Shown: positions 52,636-62,370 of the stretch, piece after piece | Numbering within the stretch: the stretch's first letter is position 1 | Layout: each line of letters opens with the position of its first letter | Assembly (NCBI GenBank): GCA_963526985.1 | Contig: CAURPW010000004.1 | Location: forward strand, 79,480-143,479 | Source of the DNA: an uncultured Campylobacter sp. | GTDB taxonomy: Bacteria > Campylobacterota > Campylobacteria > Campylobacterales > Campylobacteraceae | Direction: 5' to 3' | Length of the DNA stretch: 64,000 nucleotides | Notes under the pieces: generated by a model | What the model saw: only the letters and a program-made list of their open reading frames with translations | The model's database searches: none | What the model was told of the DNA's origin: nothing | Program-made: the position numbers and the translations under genes

Positions 52636-52757
52636 CTTGCAGAGGGCTGTTAATCCTTTAGCTTAAAACAGAGCTAAAAGGATTAACCAAAGGTGAGAGT
52701 TTTAATCTAAGGTTTAAAACTCTTTTATATTTTTTTATCAAAAACAAGGAGCTTTTT

Positions 52758-53099
52758 ATGATAAAAAATAAAAATATAATCTTACGAGTTTCGGAAGAAT
52801 TTCGAGAATTACTCGGACAAAAAGCTAGCAAGGTTGGAATACCTATCTCGGAATATCTTCGAAAATCGGCGATGAATTCCGAGATCGTGAATTACGTTTC
52901 TAAAGAGATCGATCCACAAATCATATTTAATTTTTATCGCGCGGCGGAGAACATAAATCAGATTGCTAAAGCAACAAATACGATCGCAAAACAAGAACAA
53001 ATAAGCAGGGATTTTGAAATAAAAATCCTCGAAGCTTTGTATAGAAACGAACAGCTTTTGAATCAAATTTACGTTACGTTAAAAGGAGAAAAACAATGA
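52758..53099 (+). CDS. mobC: MobC relaxosome accessory protein (ribbon-helix-helix)
   Basis: IILRVSEE...ISEYLR, NINQIAK motif; ATGA overlap with relaxase. Confidence 0.88.
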   Translation: MIKNKNIILRVSEEFRELLGQKASKVGIPISEYLRKSAMNSEIVNYVSKEIDPQIIFNFYRAAENINQIAKATNTIAKQEQISRDFEIKILEALYRNEQLLNQIYVTLKGEKQ

Positions 53100-55566
53100 T
53101 AGCTCAACTCACAAAAGGCGAAAAAGGAATCGCCGAATATCTAGAAACCGGACATACAAAACATTCTGTATACTCAAGAGACGAAAAGGATCAAAGAATA
53201 CCGCTCATGGGAAACTTGCAAGCGATCAAGGATAGCCAAGATTCGCAATTAAAAAATCCAAAAAGCAAGCAAAAACACAACTATTATCATGCTTCATTGT
53301 CATTCACTAGGGAAGAGTGGGATAAGCTACAATCAGAAGGAAAGATCAACGAGGTTTTAGATGAATACATTAAGCTAAACTTTCCAAATCATTCGAGGGA
53401 TGAGATGATATGCTATGCCGAAGCCCACGTGCCTATAATTCAAAGCGAGCCGTACATCCCTAGGGAAGGGGAAGATCAAAAATCAAAAAGACTCAACGAG
53501 GAGTACGAAGGCAAGGAGATCGGACGAAGTCCGCATGTCCATTTGATTATATCGTTTGAAAATATGAAGTTTAGCCGAGGCATAAAAACCGCGGGAATGG
53601 TATATTCAAAGGATCGTTCTCAAATGATAGCTTCGGCTATAAAGTTCAAGTCTATTGTTCAAGATATCGTTTGCGAAAAATTTGGACTCGATAATCCCGA
53701 ACCATTAAAAATATCTCGATCTGAGCTATATCGACAGTATGAATCCTTTCGAAAAGCCGCAATGGTTCCAAAAGGAAAACCGAAAATTCAAGAAGAGATC
53801 GACCCTAAACAAATACTAGAAACTAGCCCAATCCAAGCTGAAACAAAGGATATAACTCTTGACGAAATCAAAGAGAATACGAAAAATAGCGTAGTAGAAA
53901 ACGAGATCGTAAAAACTATCGATCCTGAAATTAGAGCTCAAAATATCCAATTAGCCGAAATGCTGAAATCGAAAAACGTCGATATCTTTATTCCTACCTT
54001 AAAAGCTAGATACGGCGTAAATATTCGATCAAACGAGGACGGAACAAGAATTCAATTCGAAACGATTACCCAGAAGACTAGGAAACCCAGTACGAGAAAC
54101 ATGAATGTTTTGGACTATGTGACTAAAGAGCTTCGTATTCGCTTTGACGATGCCGTGAAGATATTAAGCGATATTGCGCTCGAGCAAGAATCCTTAGCTA
54201 AATACCGATACTATCGAGCTTAGCGTATCAAATGATTTTAGAATCAATCAAAAAGCTACGCAAGAAGCCATTAAAAAAGGGAGTATAAATAAAAAAATAT
54301 ACTATGCCGAAATCGGATGGAAAACGATAACTACGAATCCGCAGAATATCGAAAATGTTTTGCGACAATACTCGGATATAAGCATGGCTAAATTTTCGAA
54401 CGGATCGCGAAATAATGCGAATATATCGGGTTTTACAAAAACTCTCATATTCGACATCGACAACAAAGAGCCTCATCAGGATATGAAAATTTCCGATGGT
54501 ATCGAACTACTCAAAAGAAAAGGCATTCAGGGCTTTATCTACCCATCCTCGAGTCATCTCTACGACGGAAAAACCGAGAAATTTCGTATGATTGTTCCTA
54601 CCACGAAAGCCCTTCAAGACAAGGATATTTATAAGGATTATATGCATCTTGTAGTAAGAAATCTCGGGCTTGAAGGAAAGATCGATACTGTTTCGGATAC
54701 TTCTTCGCAATGCTATTATCAGCCATTAAAAAAAGATAACGTGATTTTGGTGGACGGAAAGACCTTCGACAATTCGGAGATCTTGCGACAAACTCAAATC
54801 CTCAAGCAGGCAAGAATCGAACAAGGTATCGAAAATCAAGCTATCAATAATATCGATCAAATCAAGCAAGGCATAGATGCTACAAAGAAATTTGAACTTC
54901 AGCATGAACCGATCGATGATGAACGATATTTGACGAGAGTGTCGCTACAATCATTGCATGATCGCATTCCTTTTTATGATCTTGTTAGGTATTTCGAGCC
55001 TAACGCTACGATCCACCAAGAAGGAAAAAACCAAATCATGCACACAAAAGACGGTAGGCATCTATACATCCAAGATCAAAACTCGGCATATTTGTTTTCC
55101 AAGAATCGCTATGTGACTCCTTACACTTACCTTCAAGAGAGGATAAACGAAGCTGCAAGCGAGATCAAGTATCATGGAAACGGCGAGAATGTTCAAAAAT
55201 TAGGGATTCTTCCAAACGAGCTAAATACTTTTAATCCGAAGAATCCGAATGAAATTTCGAAATTCTTCGCTAGAAAGTTAAGCAAATACTGGAGATCTAT
55301 CACGAGTTTTAATCTTAAAGGGTTTGTAAAAACAATCAACCGATGCATGTCTAACTGGAATGATCATCAAGGAAAGAGTCAAGTTATGGAGCATTATCAA
55401 CTTCGAAAATTAGACATTTTCGAGGATTCTCTAAATGTAGGATATTGGGGGATCAATCAAGAAGTCGGATCTACTATCCAACGGGTTAGATGAAAGATTC
55501 AATAAGTCTGAAATCGAAATCAAAGACAAAGAACAAACTAAAAAATACGATGGTTTAGACAGATAG
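53096..55566 (+). pseudogene. relaxase-primase fusion with two frameshifts
   Basis: 53096-54223: N-terminal Tyr (IAEYL), YHASLSF, HUH motif PHVHLI. Next frame open 54198-55493 with FDIDN, PSSSH, KFRMIVP, SQCYYQP (AEP-like). Third frame continues to TAG 55566. Confidence 0.78.
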
Positions 55567-55599
55567 TTTTAAACAATATAAATTTAGATCATATATATA

Positions 55600-56000
55600 G
55601 CTTTTGCCTTAGTTAAACTTCGGATTTACGTAAAATGAAAGGCAAAAGCGTAATTCAAAATGTCTTTTTTATCCCCCGCTCCAGCTCCAAGTATTCGCTA
55701 TTTCGGGAGATACGCTCTTCGAGCTATACCGCGGTTTCGACCCATTGCACGCGCACTAGAACTTATGATTTGGTATGATTTAGCGCGTGCATGAGGCCCC
55801 CGAAATCCGCGAAATAAGAACTAGCATATATCTTCAAACAAGCCTCAATACAAATTTCGATTTTGGGTCCCGAAGCGACGAAGTCGTTTGGAAAAAAAAA
55901 AATCGAAGGTCATCGCAGGCGGAAGCCGGCGGTATTCTAGCACCATTGCCCGCCTAATCGATACAAAAGGCAAGGCAAAAAAGGCGGGGCAAGGGGCTAG
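55600..56000. other. GC-rich cluster of stem-loops
   Basis: IRs 55600-55610/55639-55649, 55746-55754/55783-55791 (nested), 55937-55955/55982-56000. Confidence 0.7.
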
Positions 56001-56162
56001 GATAAAACATATTGCATTACGCCTTAGGAAAAATTTTCAATTAAATTTTGAACAAACCTTTTATTTTTTAAGATCATATTTATATTTTTTCGATATGATC
56101 GTAATTAAAGTTTTGCTAAATTGTCGAATATATCGTGATTTACGCAGGGTTTCTTTTATTTT

Positions 56163-56177
56163 GACCTCGGGTACCAT
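56163..56177 (+). repeat. attR core
   Basis: GACCTCGGGTACCAT, 14/15 identical to attL. Confidence 0.85.
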
Positions 56178-56756
56178 AGCATACAATTTACGCATTCAAA
56201 ACCCCTAAAATATGGCATTTCAAAACGAGCTTTCGTTCAACTGGCAGTAAGAAACAGCCTCGATTACTATACATTTTTTACTATGTAGCCGTTTTTTACC
56301 TAGTAAACAAAAAATAACGGACTATACGCTAAAAGAGCCACAAAAGCACCCAAAATACGATATTTCAAGAAAAATCAAAATACAAAAGCGCGCGGATATA
56401 ATTAGTTTTGAGGGAAACCAAACTAACCCCTCAAAAAGGAGATGAAATGAAAAAAAAATCCGCGACAACAAAGAGTTTGCCCGCAACCCGCAGGCTGTAA
56501 TTATGGCTTGTACTCCAGAGCGCAAAAATGCGAAATGCTTGATAACTCGCAATTATAAAGCCGACAAAAGCAATCATAGGCGCGAGTTCTACTACTATGC
56601 CGACGTTTTCAATTGACTTACAATAAAATCTCGCATTTAATTTTAAATTGCCTTACTGTTAAATTTTCGCCGTAAAACCAAAAATTTTAATAATATTTAA
56701 TCTATTTAAGTAAATTTATTGTAAAATCTCGCCCAAATTTTATAAAAAGGCAAACG

Positions 56757-58466
56757 ATGGACACCTATATTATTCCGGCGGAAGTAAGCGTCAAAGACGC
56801 GGAATTTTTTAGGCAAAAATGGCAAGAATATAAAAACGGCGAGCTTGATTTTAAAGGTTTTGAGAAAATTCGCGTGGCGTTTGGGATATACGAACAGCGC
56901 GTAAAAGACAGCTACATGGCGCGGGTAAAAACGCATGGCGGCGGCGTTGGCGCGAAAGAATTCGCGCGTCTAGGCGAGCTTTGCAAGCGCTACGCCAACG
57001 GATTTTTGCATCTATCTACGAGAGCTAGCATTCAGCTTCATTTCGTAAAAGACGACGAATTTATAGAGCTTGAAAACGAGATCGCCGCGATAAATATGAC
57101 TACGCGCGGCGCATGCGGGGATTGCGTTAGAGGCGTGGTTTGCGACGCGTTAGCGGGAGTCGCCAAAGACGAGGCTTTTAACGTCCTTCCCTACGCAAAC
57201 GCTATTACTAGCATGCTTATCGGCAGAGCCGATTCTTACGGACTTTCTAGGAAATTTAAAATCGCTTTTTCAGGCTCCAAGGCTGACCGAGCAAACGCGA
57301 CTATCACGGACGCGGGCTTTATAGCGACCAAAAAAGGCGGCAAAAAAGGCTTTATAGTCTACGTCGCGGGCGGAATGGGCTCAAAACCGCGCCTAGGCGA
57401 TAAATTTAAAAGTTTCATCCCCGCAAACGAAGCCTTTTTATACGCGCAAGCCATCAAGCTCGTGTTTGCTAAAACCGGCGATTACGAGCATAGAAACTCC
57501 GCCCGCCTGCGCCATGCCGCCGAGAAGCTAGGAAAAGAGACGATTTTTAAAATGATCGAGGACGAGGTCGCAAAAATTAGAGCTTCAAGCGAAAAATGGA
57601 GGCTGGATATCAAAGAGCCAAGGGGCGTTAAGCCGCTAATAAGCGAGCCTCGCGTTAGATTTTCCGCCGCGCAAAAAGCCTGGGCGCAAAACTACGTAAC
57701 AGCGCAAAAACAAAAGGGCTATTACTACGCCGTAGTGCCGTTTTTATGGGGTAACGTGCGCGGAGACGATGCGATAAAGCTATCAAAAGCGCTTATTAAA
57801 CTCGGCCTAAAAGATTCGCTTTTTATAAGCCGAGATCAACATATAATCTTAAAAAATCTCAAAAAGACCGATCTTATCGCACTTTATCCCGTTATCGCGG
57901 AGATTTCGCCTATGAGCGCCGATCCGCGCGTGTTTGCAAACATGACTCCGTGCACGGGCGCATCGACCTGTCGGCTAGGAATTTGCCGTCCAAAAGGCGC
58001 CGTGAAGGCTATCCACGATCATATTAGAAACAGCGATTTAGACTTTTCTCTTTTAAAAGATATCGTTATTAAAATGTCGGGCTGTCCAAACTCTTGCACC
58101 GCTCATCAAAACGCAAATTTAGGCTTTATGGGCGGCACTAGGCGCGAGGACGGCAGATCGCTTCCTTATTACAGCGTATTTGCCGGAGGCGAGCTAAAAG
58201 AAGGCAAAAGCAAATTCGGCAAAAAAGTAGGCGGCGTGGCCGCTTATCACGTGCCTGAATTCGTCTACCAAACGCTTAAAAGATTTACGCAAGTAAAATC
58301 CGAGTTTAAAAATTTTAACGACTGGGTCGATAACGGCGGAGATAACGTCATAGCTGAGCTTTGCGGGCTGTATCAGCGCGTGGGGACGTTTGAGGAAAAC
58401 CCGAGGGCGTATTATGACTACGGCGCGGACGTGCTTTTTGGCGAAACGCTAAAAGATAAAATTTAA
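56757..58466 (+). CDS. siroheme-[4Fe-4S] sulfite (or nitrite) reductase
   Basis: GIYEQR, STRASIQ, LSRKFK, CTGASTC and GCPNSC; heads a cys operon. Confidence 0.88.
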   Translation: MDTYIIPAEVSVKDAEFFRQKWQEYKNGELDFKGFEKIRVAFGIYEQRVKDSYMARVKTHGGGVGAKEFARLGELCKRYANGFLHLSTRASIQLHFVKDDEFIELENEIAAINMTTRGACGDCVRGVVCDALAGVAKDEAFNVLPYANAITSMLIGRADSYGLSRKFKIAFSGSKADRANATITDAGFIATKKGGKKGFIVYVAGGMGSKPRLGDKFKSFIPANEAFLYAQAIKLVFAKTGDYEHRNSARLRHAAEKLGKETIFKMIEDEVAKIRASSEKWRLDIKEPRGVKPLISEPRVRFSAAQKAWAQNYVTAQKQKGYYYAVVPFLWGNVRGDDAIKLSKALIKLGLKDSLFISRDQHIILKNLKKTDLIALYPVIAEISPMSADPRVFANMTPCTGASTCRLGICRPKGAVKAIHDHIRNSDLDFSLLKDIVIKMSGCPNSCTAHQNANLGFMGGTRREDGRSLPYYSVFAGGELKEGKSKFGKKVGGVAAYHVPEFVYQTLKRFTQVKSEFKNFNDWVDNGGDNVIAELCGLYQRVGTFEENPRAYYDYGADVLFGETLKDKI

Positions 58467-59758
58467 TGACCCTACCAGTAGCCCTTACACCTAAACGCGT
58501 GCTTTTAATCGGAGCCGGAAAGGTCGCGCGGCAAAAATTTTTAGCTCTAAAAGCGGCCAGTTGGGAGTGCGAAATTTTAGCCGAAAAAATTTTAGAGCCG
58601 TTTTTTGCCGATAAAAACGTAAAAATTCGCAAGCTAACGCGGCAAAATTTGGGCGAAAATTTAAGCGGCTTTGAAATGATAATAGACGCTAGCGGAGATG
58701 AAAATTTAGGGCAGGCTTTATTTAGCGAGCGTAAAAGCTTGGGCTATTTGCTAAACGTAGTCGATAAGCCTGCTTTAAGCGATTTTTATTTTACCGCAAA
58801 CGCGCATTTAGGCGAGCTTAGCGTAGGCGTTAGCACTAACGGCGCGAGTCCTAGCCTAGCCGCGCTCGTAAGGGATAAAATAGTCAAAATTTTGCCTAGG
58901 AATTTAGCGGATTTTATCCCGAAGCTAAAACTAGCCAGGCTTGAGGCGATTGAAAATTCTAACCCGCAAAAGGCCGAAATTTTAAAACCGAAGTGCCGCG
59001 AAAATTTAGGCAAAGTTTTTTTAATCAGCTGCGGCAGCGGCAGCCTTCAAAATCTCACCTTGGGCGCGCTTGAAGCGTTTGAGCTGCTAGACGTAGCTCT
59101 AAGCGATAAACTAGTCGGCGAGGATACGCGCGAAATTTTACGAAATTTAGGCGTAGAGATTATTAACGTAGGCAAGGGCAAAGACGAAGATAGCGCGACG
59201 CAAGAGCAAATAAACGCCCTTATGCTAAGCCTGGCAAAAGAAGGCAAGACCGTCGGGCGGCTAAAAGGCGGCGACGCGAGCTTGTTTGGCAGAGCGTTTG
59301 AGGAGATGAGCTTTTTAGAGGAAAACGGCGTGGAATTTGAGCTAATTAGCGGCGTCAGTTCGGTTTTTGCCGGATGCGCTAGCGCGCTTATTACGCCTAC
59401 GATTAGAGGCGTTAGCAGCGGCGTTTTGATAGTCTCGGCGCATCTAAAAGGCGGCGCGATAAACACCGCTTGGCTTGAAATTTTAAAGACGCGAGACGTT
59501 ACGACGGTCGCGCTTATGGCGCACGCTTATGCGGGCGAAATTTTAAATGCGGCAAGAAAGCTAAATTTAGACCTAGATACGCCCGCGGCGTTTGTTTCAA
59601 ATATAGATAGAGCGGATGAAAAAGTAATCGTCGGACGAATAAAAAATTTAGAATCTATGGCGCTAAGATGCGCTCGTCCCGCGATTTTAATAATCGGCCC
59701 CGTCGTCGAAAAATCGCTAAGCTTGAAACCAAAATGCGAAAGGATAGCCGTTGAATAA
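58466..59758 (+). CDS. cysG: siroheme synthase (dehydrogenase/ferrochelatase + methyltransferase)
   Basis: GAGKVA, NVVD.P..DF, STNGASP, RLKGGD...FGR, GVSS. Confidence 0.88.
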   Translation: MTLPVALTPKRVLLIGAGKVARQKFLALKAASWECEILAEKILEPFFADKNVKIRKLTRQNLGENLSGFEMIIDASGDENLGQALFSERKSLGYLLNVVDKPALSDFYFTANAHLGELSVGVSTNGASPSLAALVRDKIVKILPRNLADFIPKLKLARLEAIENSNPQKAEILKPKCRENLGKVFLISCGSGSLQNLTLGALEAFELLDVALSDKLVGEDTREILRNLGVEIINVGKGKDEDSATQEQINALMLSLAKEGKTVGRLKGGDASLFGRAFEEMSFLEENGVEFELISGVSSVFAGCASALITPTIRGVSSGVLIVSAHLKGGAINTAWLEILKTRDVTTVALMAHAYAGEILNAARKLNLDLDTPAAFVSNIDRADEKVIVGRIKNLESMALRCARPAILIIGPVVEKSLSLKPKCERIAVE

Positions 59759-60743
59759 AATTTTAATCTTTTTAGCGCTTATAAATTTTGCCGCCGCGCA
59801 ACAGCTTTTAAACGTCTCTTACGACGCGACGCGGGAGCTTTTTAAAGAATATAACGCGCTTTTCGTTAAATACTACGAGCAAAAAAGCGGCAAAAAGATT
59901 AAAATTTTACAAAGCCACGGCGGTAGCGGCGCGCAGGCTAGGATGCTAATAGACGGATTAAAAGCCGACGTCGCGACGCTGGCTCTTGCTTACGACATTA
60001 ACGCCGTCGCGCGAAAAAGCGGCGCTTTGGACGCTTCGTGGCAAGAAGAGCTCCCGCTAAACTCCGCGCCTTACAACTCCACGATCGTATTTTTGGTTAG
60101 AAAAGGCAATCCAAAAGGTATAAAAGACTGGGACGATCTAGTAAGAAACGACGTAAAAATCGTAACTCCAAATCCCAAAACATCAGGCGGCGCGAGGTAT
60201 AACCACCTAGCCGCATACGCCTACGCGGCGGCTAAATTTGACGGAGACGAGGATAAAATTCGCGAATTTTTGGTTAAACTTTACGCCAACGCTCCCGTAC
60301 TAGACGCAGGCGCTCGCGGATCGGCAAACACTTTCATACGCCGCGGTATCGGCGACGCGATGATCGCTTGGGAAAACGAAGCGTATCTTAGCAAAGCAAG
60401 GCTAGGAGAGGACGAGTTTGAGATTATCTACCCAAGCCTTAGCATCCTAGCGCAGCCTCCTGTCGCGGTTTTAAGCAAAAACGCCGCCGCAAACGGCAAC
60501 GTCCCGATTGCTCGCGAATATCTGGCGCGCCTTTATTTGCCTGACGCGCAGGAGATTATCGCAAAAAATTTCTTCCGCCCGACGGACGAAAGCGTCGCTA
60601 AAAAATACGAGAAAATTTTCCCGCGAATAAATTTAATAAGCATAGAGAGCTTTGGCGGTTGGGACGCGGCGCAAAAGCGGCATTTTAGCGATGGGGGCGA
60701 GTTTGATAAAATTTACGAGATCGTAGCAAAGGGCAAAAAATGA
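59751..60743 (+). CDS. sbp: sulfate ABC transporter substrate-binding protein
   Basis: LLNVSYD.TRE, QSHGGSG.Q, PNPKTSGGAR, WENEA. Confidence 0.94.
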   Translation: MNKILIFLALINFAAAQQLLNVSYDATRELFKEYNALFVKYYEQKSGKKIKILQSHGGSGAQARMLIDGLKADVATLALAYDINAVARKSGALDASWQEELPLNSAPYNSTIVFLVRKGNPKGIKDWDDLVRNDVKIVTPNPKTSGGARYNHLAAYAYAAAKFDGDEDKIREFLVKLYANAPVLDAGARGSANTFIRRGIGDAMIAWENEAYLSKARLGEDEFEIIYPSLSILAQPPVAVLSKNAAANGNVPIAREYLARLYLPDAQEIIAKNFFRPTDESVAKKYEKIFPRINLISIESFGGWDAAQKRHFSDGGEFDKIYEIVAKGKK

Positions 60744-61567
60744 GAAAATTTTTACTTAAAAAGCCCTCTATTTTGCCGGGATTTAATATCTGCTTCGGCC
60801 TTGGCGCCAGCTACGTTTGCTTTTTGGTTTTACTACCGCTGGTGGCTCTGGGCGCTTTTAGCTTTAAGGGCGGCATAGGCGAAATTTTAGCCGTTATCAG
60901 CGATCCTCGCGTATTATCGGCGCTTAAATTTTCATTTACGGCTTCATTCGTCGCCGCCGCGATAAATTCGCTTTTCGGTTTTATTATCGCGTGGTGCTTG
61001 GCGCGTTACGAATTTTGGGGCAAGGGCTTTATTAGCTCGCTCATAGATATTCCTTTTGCGCTACCTACGGCGGTAGCGGGGATTTGCCTGGCGTATTTAT
61101 TTTCGCATGGCGGCGTTATGGGCGCTACGCTTTTAAGGCTCGGCATAGATTTGCAAGGGGCGGATTTCACTTGCGTCGTAATCGTTTTGATATTCGTAGG
61201 TATGCCGTTTGTAGTGCGGACGACGGAGCCCGTTATAAAAGATTTTGATAAACAAGTGCTTGAAGCGGCCGAAAATTTAGGCGCGAATTTTTGGCAAATT
61301 TTTAGGCTAATAATGCTTCCAAGCCTGCTTCCGTCCTTGATAACGGGCTTTGCGCTAGCCTTTGCAAGAGGCCTTGGCGAATACGGCTCGGTCATTTTTA
61401 TTTCGAGCAACATCCCTTTTAAAAGCGAAATTTTACCCGTTTTAATCGTCTCGCGCCTAGATAGTTTTAATTATCAAGAAGCCGCCGTAATCGGATTTTT
61501 TATGATTTTAGTAGCATTTGCCTCGCTATTTTTGATAAATTTCATACAAAAAAAGGTCGCAAAATGA
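60740..61567 (+). CDS. cysT: sulfate ABC permease CysT
   Basis: DIPFALPTAVAG, PFVVRT, GEYGSVIF. Confidence 0.93.
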   Translation: MRKFLLKKPSILPGFNICFGLGASYVCFLVLLPLVALGAFSFKGGIGEILAVISDPRVLSALKFSFTASFVAAAINSLFGFIIAWCLARYEFWGKGFISSLIDIPFALPTAVAGICLAYLFSHGGVMGATLLRLGIDLQGADFTCVVIVLIFVGMPFVVRTTEPVIKDFDKQVLEAAENLGANFWQIFRLIMLPSLLPSLITGFALAFARGLGEYGSVIFISSNIPFKSEILPVLIVSRLDSFNYQEAAVIGFFMILVAFASLFLINFIQKKVAK

Positions 61568-62370
61568 GCGAACCGAAAATTTTAAAGCCCGTTTTGCTTT
61601 TAATTAGCGCCGCGTTTTTATTCGTTTTTATCGCGCTTCCGCTTTATACCATCGTATCAGAAGCCCTAAAAGACGGGCTTAGCGGCTATTTTAGCGCGAT
61701 TAGCGACGATTACGCGATTAGCGCGGTAAAGCTTAGCCTGCTTTGCGCGGGATTTTGCGTGGTTATAAATACCGTATTTGGCGTTATGATAGCCTACGCG
61801 GCGGCGAAATTCGAGTTTCGCGGCAAGACTATGCTACTTACGCTTTTAGATATGCCCTTTGCCGTTTCGCCCGTTATCGCAGGGCTAATGTTCGTGCTGC
61901 TTTTTGGAAATAGCGGCTTTTTGGGAAAATTTTTTAGCGCGCTAAATTTCGACGTGATTTTTGCGCTGCCGGGTATTTTGCTAGCTAGCGCGTTCGTTAC
62001 CTTTCCGTTTGTAGCCAAGGAGACGCTTTTGTTAATGCAAGAGCAAGGAAATAGCGAGGAAGAGGCGGCGTTTAGCCTGGGGGCGGGCGGACTTCGCACG
62101 TTTTTTAGCGTTACGCTACCGAACATAAAATGGGGGCTATTTTACGGCGTAGTGCTAACAAACGCCAGAGCGATGGGCGAATTCGGCGCCGTGGCGGTCG
62201 TAAGCGGCAAGATAATCGGGCTAACTACTACGATGCCCCTTTATATAGAAATTTTATACAGCGATTATCTTTACGTAGCGGCTTTTAGCGTAGCTAGCTT
62301 GTTGCTGCTGCTCTCGGTAGTCACGCTGGCGCTCAAATTTTTAGTTCAAAAAGCTAGCAAAAGGGGCTAA
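61564..62370 (+). CDS. cysW: sulfate ABC permease CysW
   Basis: DMPFAVSPVIAG, LPNIKWG, ARAMGEFGAV. Confidence 0.94.
   Translation: MSEPKILKPVLLLISAAFLFVFIALPLYTIVSEALKDGLSGYFSAISDDYAISAVKLSLLCAGFCVVINTVFGVMIAYAAAKFEFRGKTMLLTLLDMPFAVSPVIAGLMFVLLFGNSGFLGKFFSALNFDVIFALPGILLASAFVTFPFVAKETLLLMQEQGNSEEEAAFSLGAGGLRTFFSVTLPNIKWGLFYGVVLTNARAMGEFGAVAVVSGKIIGLTTTMPLYIEILYSDYLYVAAFSVASLLLLLSVVTLALKFLVQKASKRG

Larger units (their letters stand above)
48869..56177 (+). mobile_element. tRNA-Leu-integrated mobilizable element, ~7.3 kb
   Basis: Flanking att repeat, integrase next to the tRNA, mobC plus relaxase, visible AT-rich compositional shift. Confidence 0.9.

Noticed and set aside
48883..56177. Prophage or defence island
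   Set aside because: No structural, terminase, RT, nuclease or methyltransferase motifs recognised.
55888..56208. 106-aa ORF across attR
   Set aside because: TTG start without RBS, crosses stem-loops and the att junction.
48885..56388. Scattered ATACAAAA near both att ends as integrase arm sites
   Set aside because: Short and A-rich in AT-rich DNA; copies also fall outside attR.
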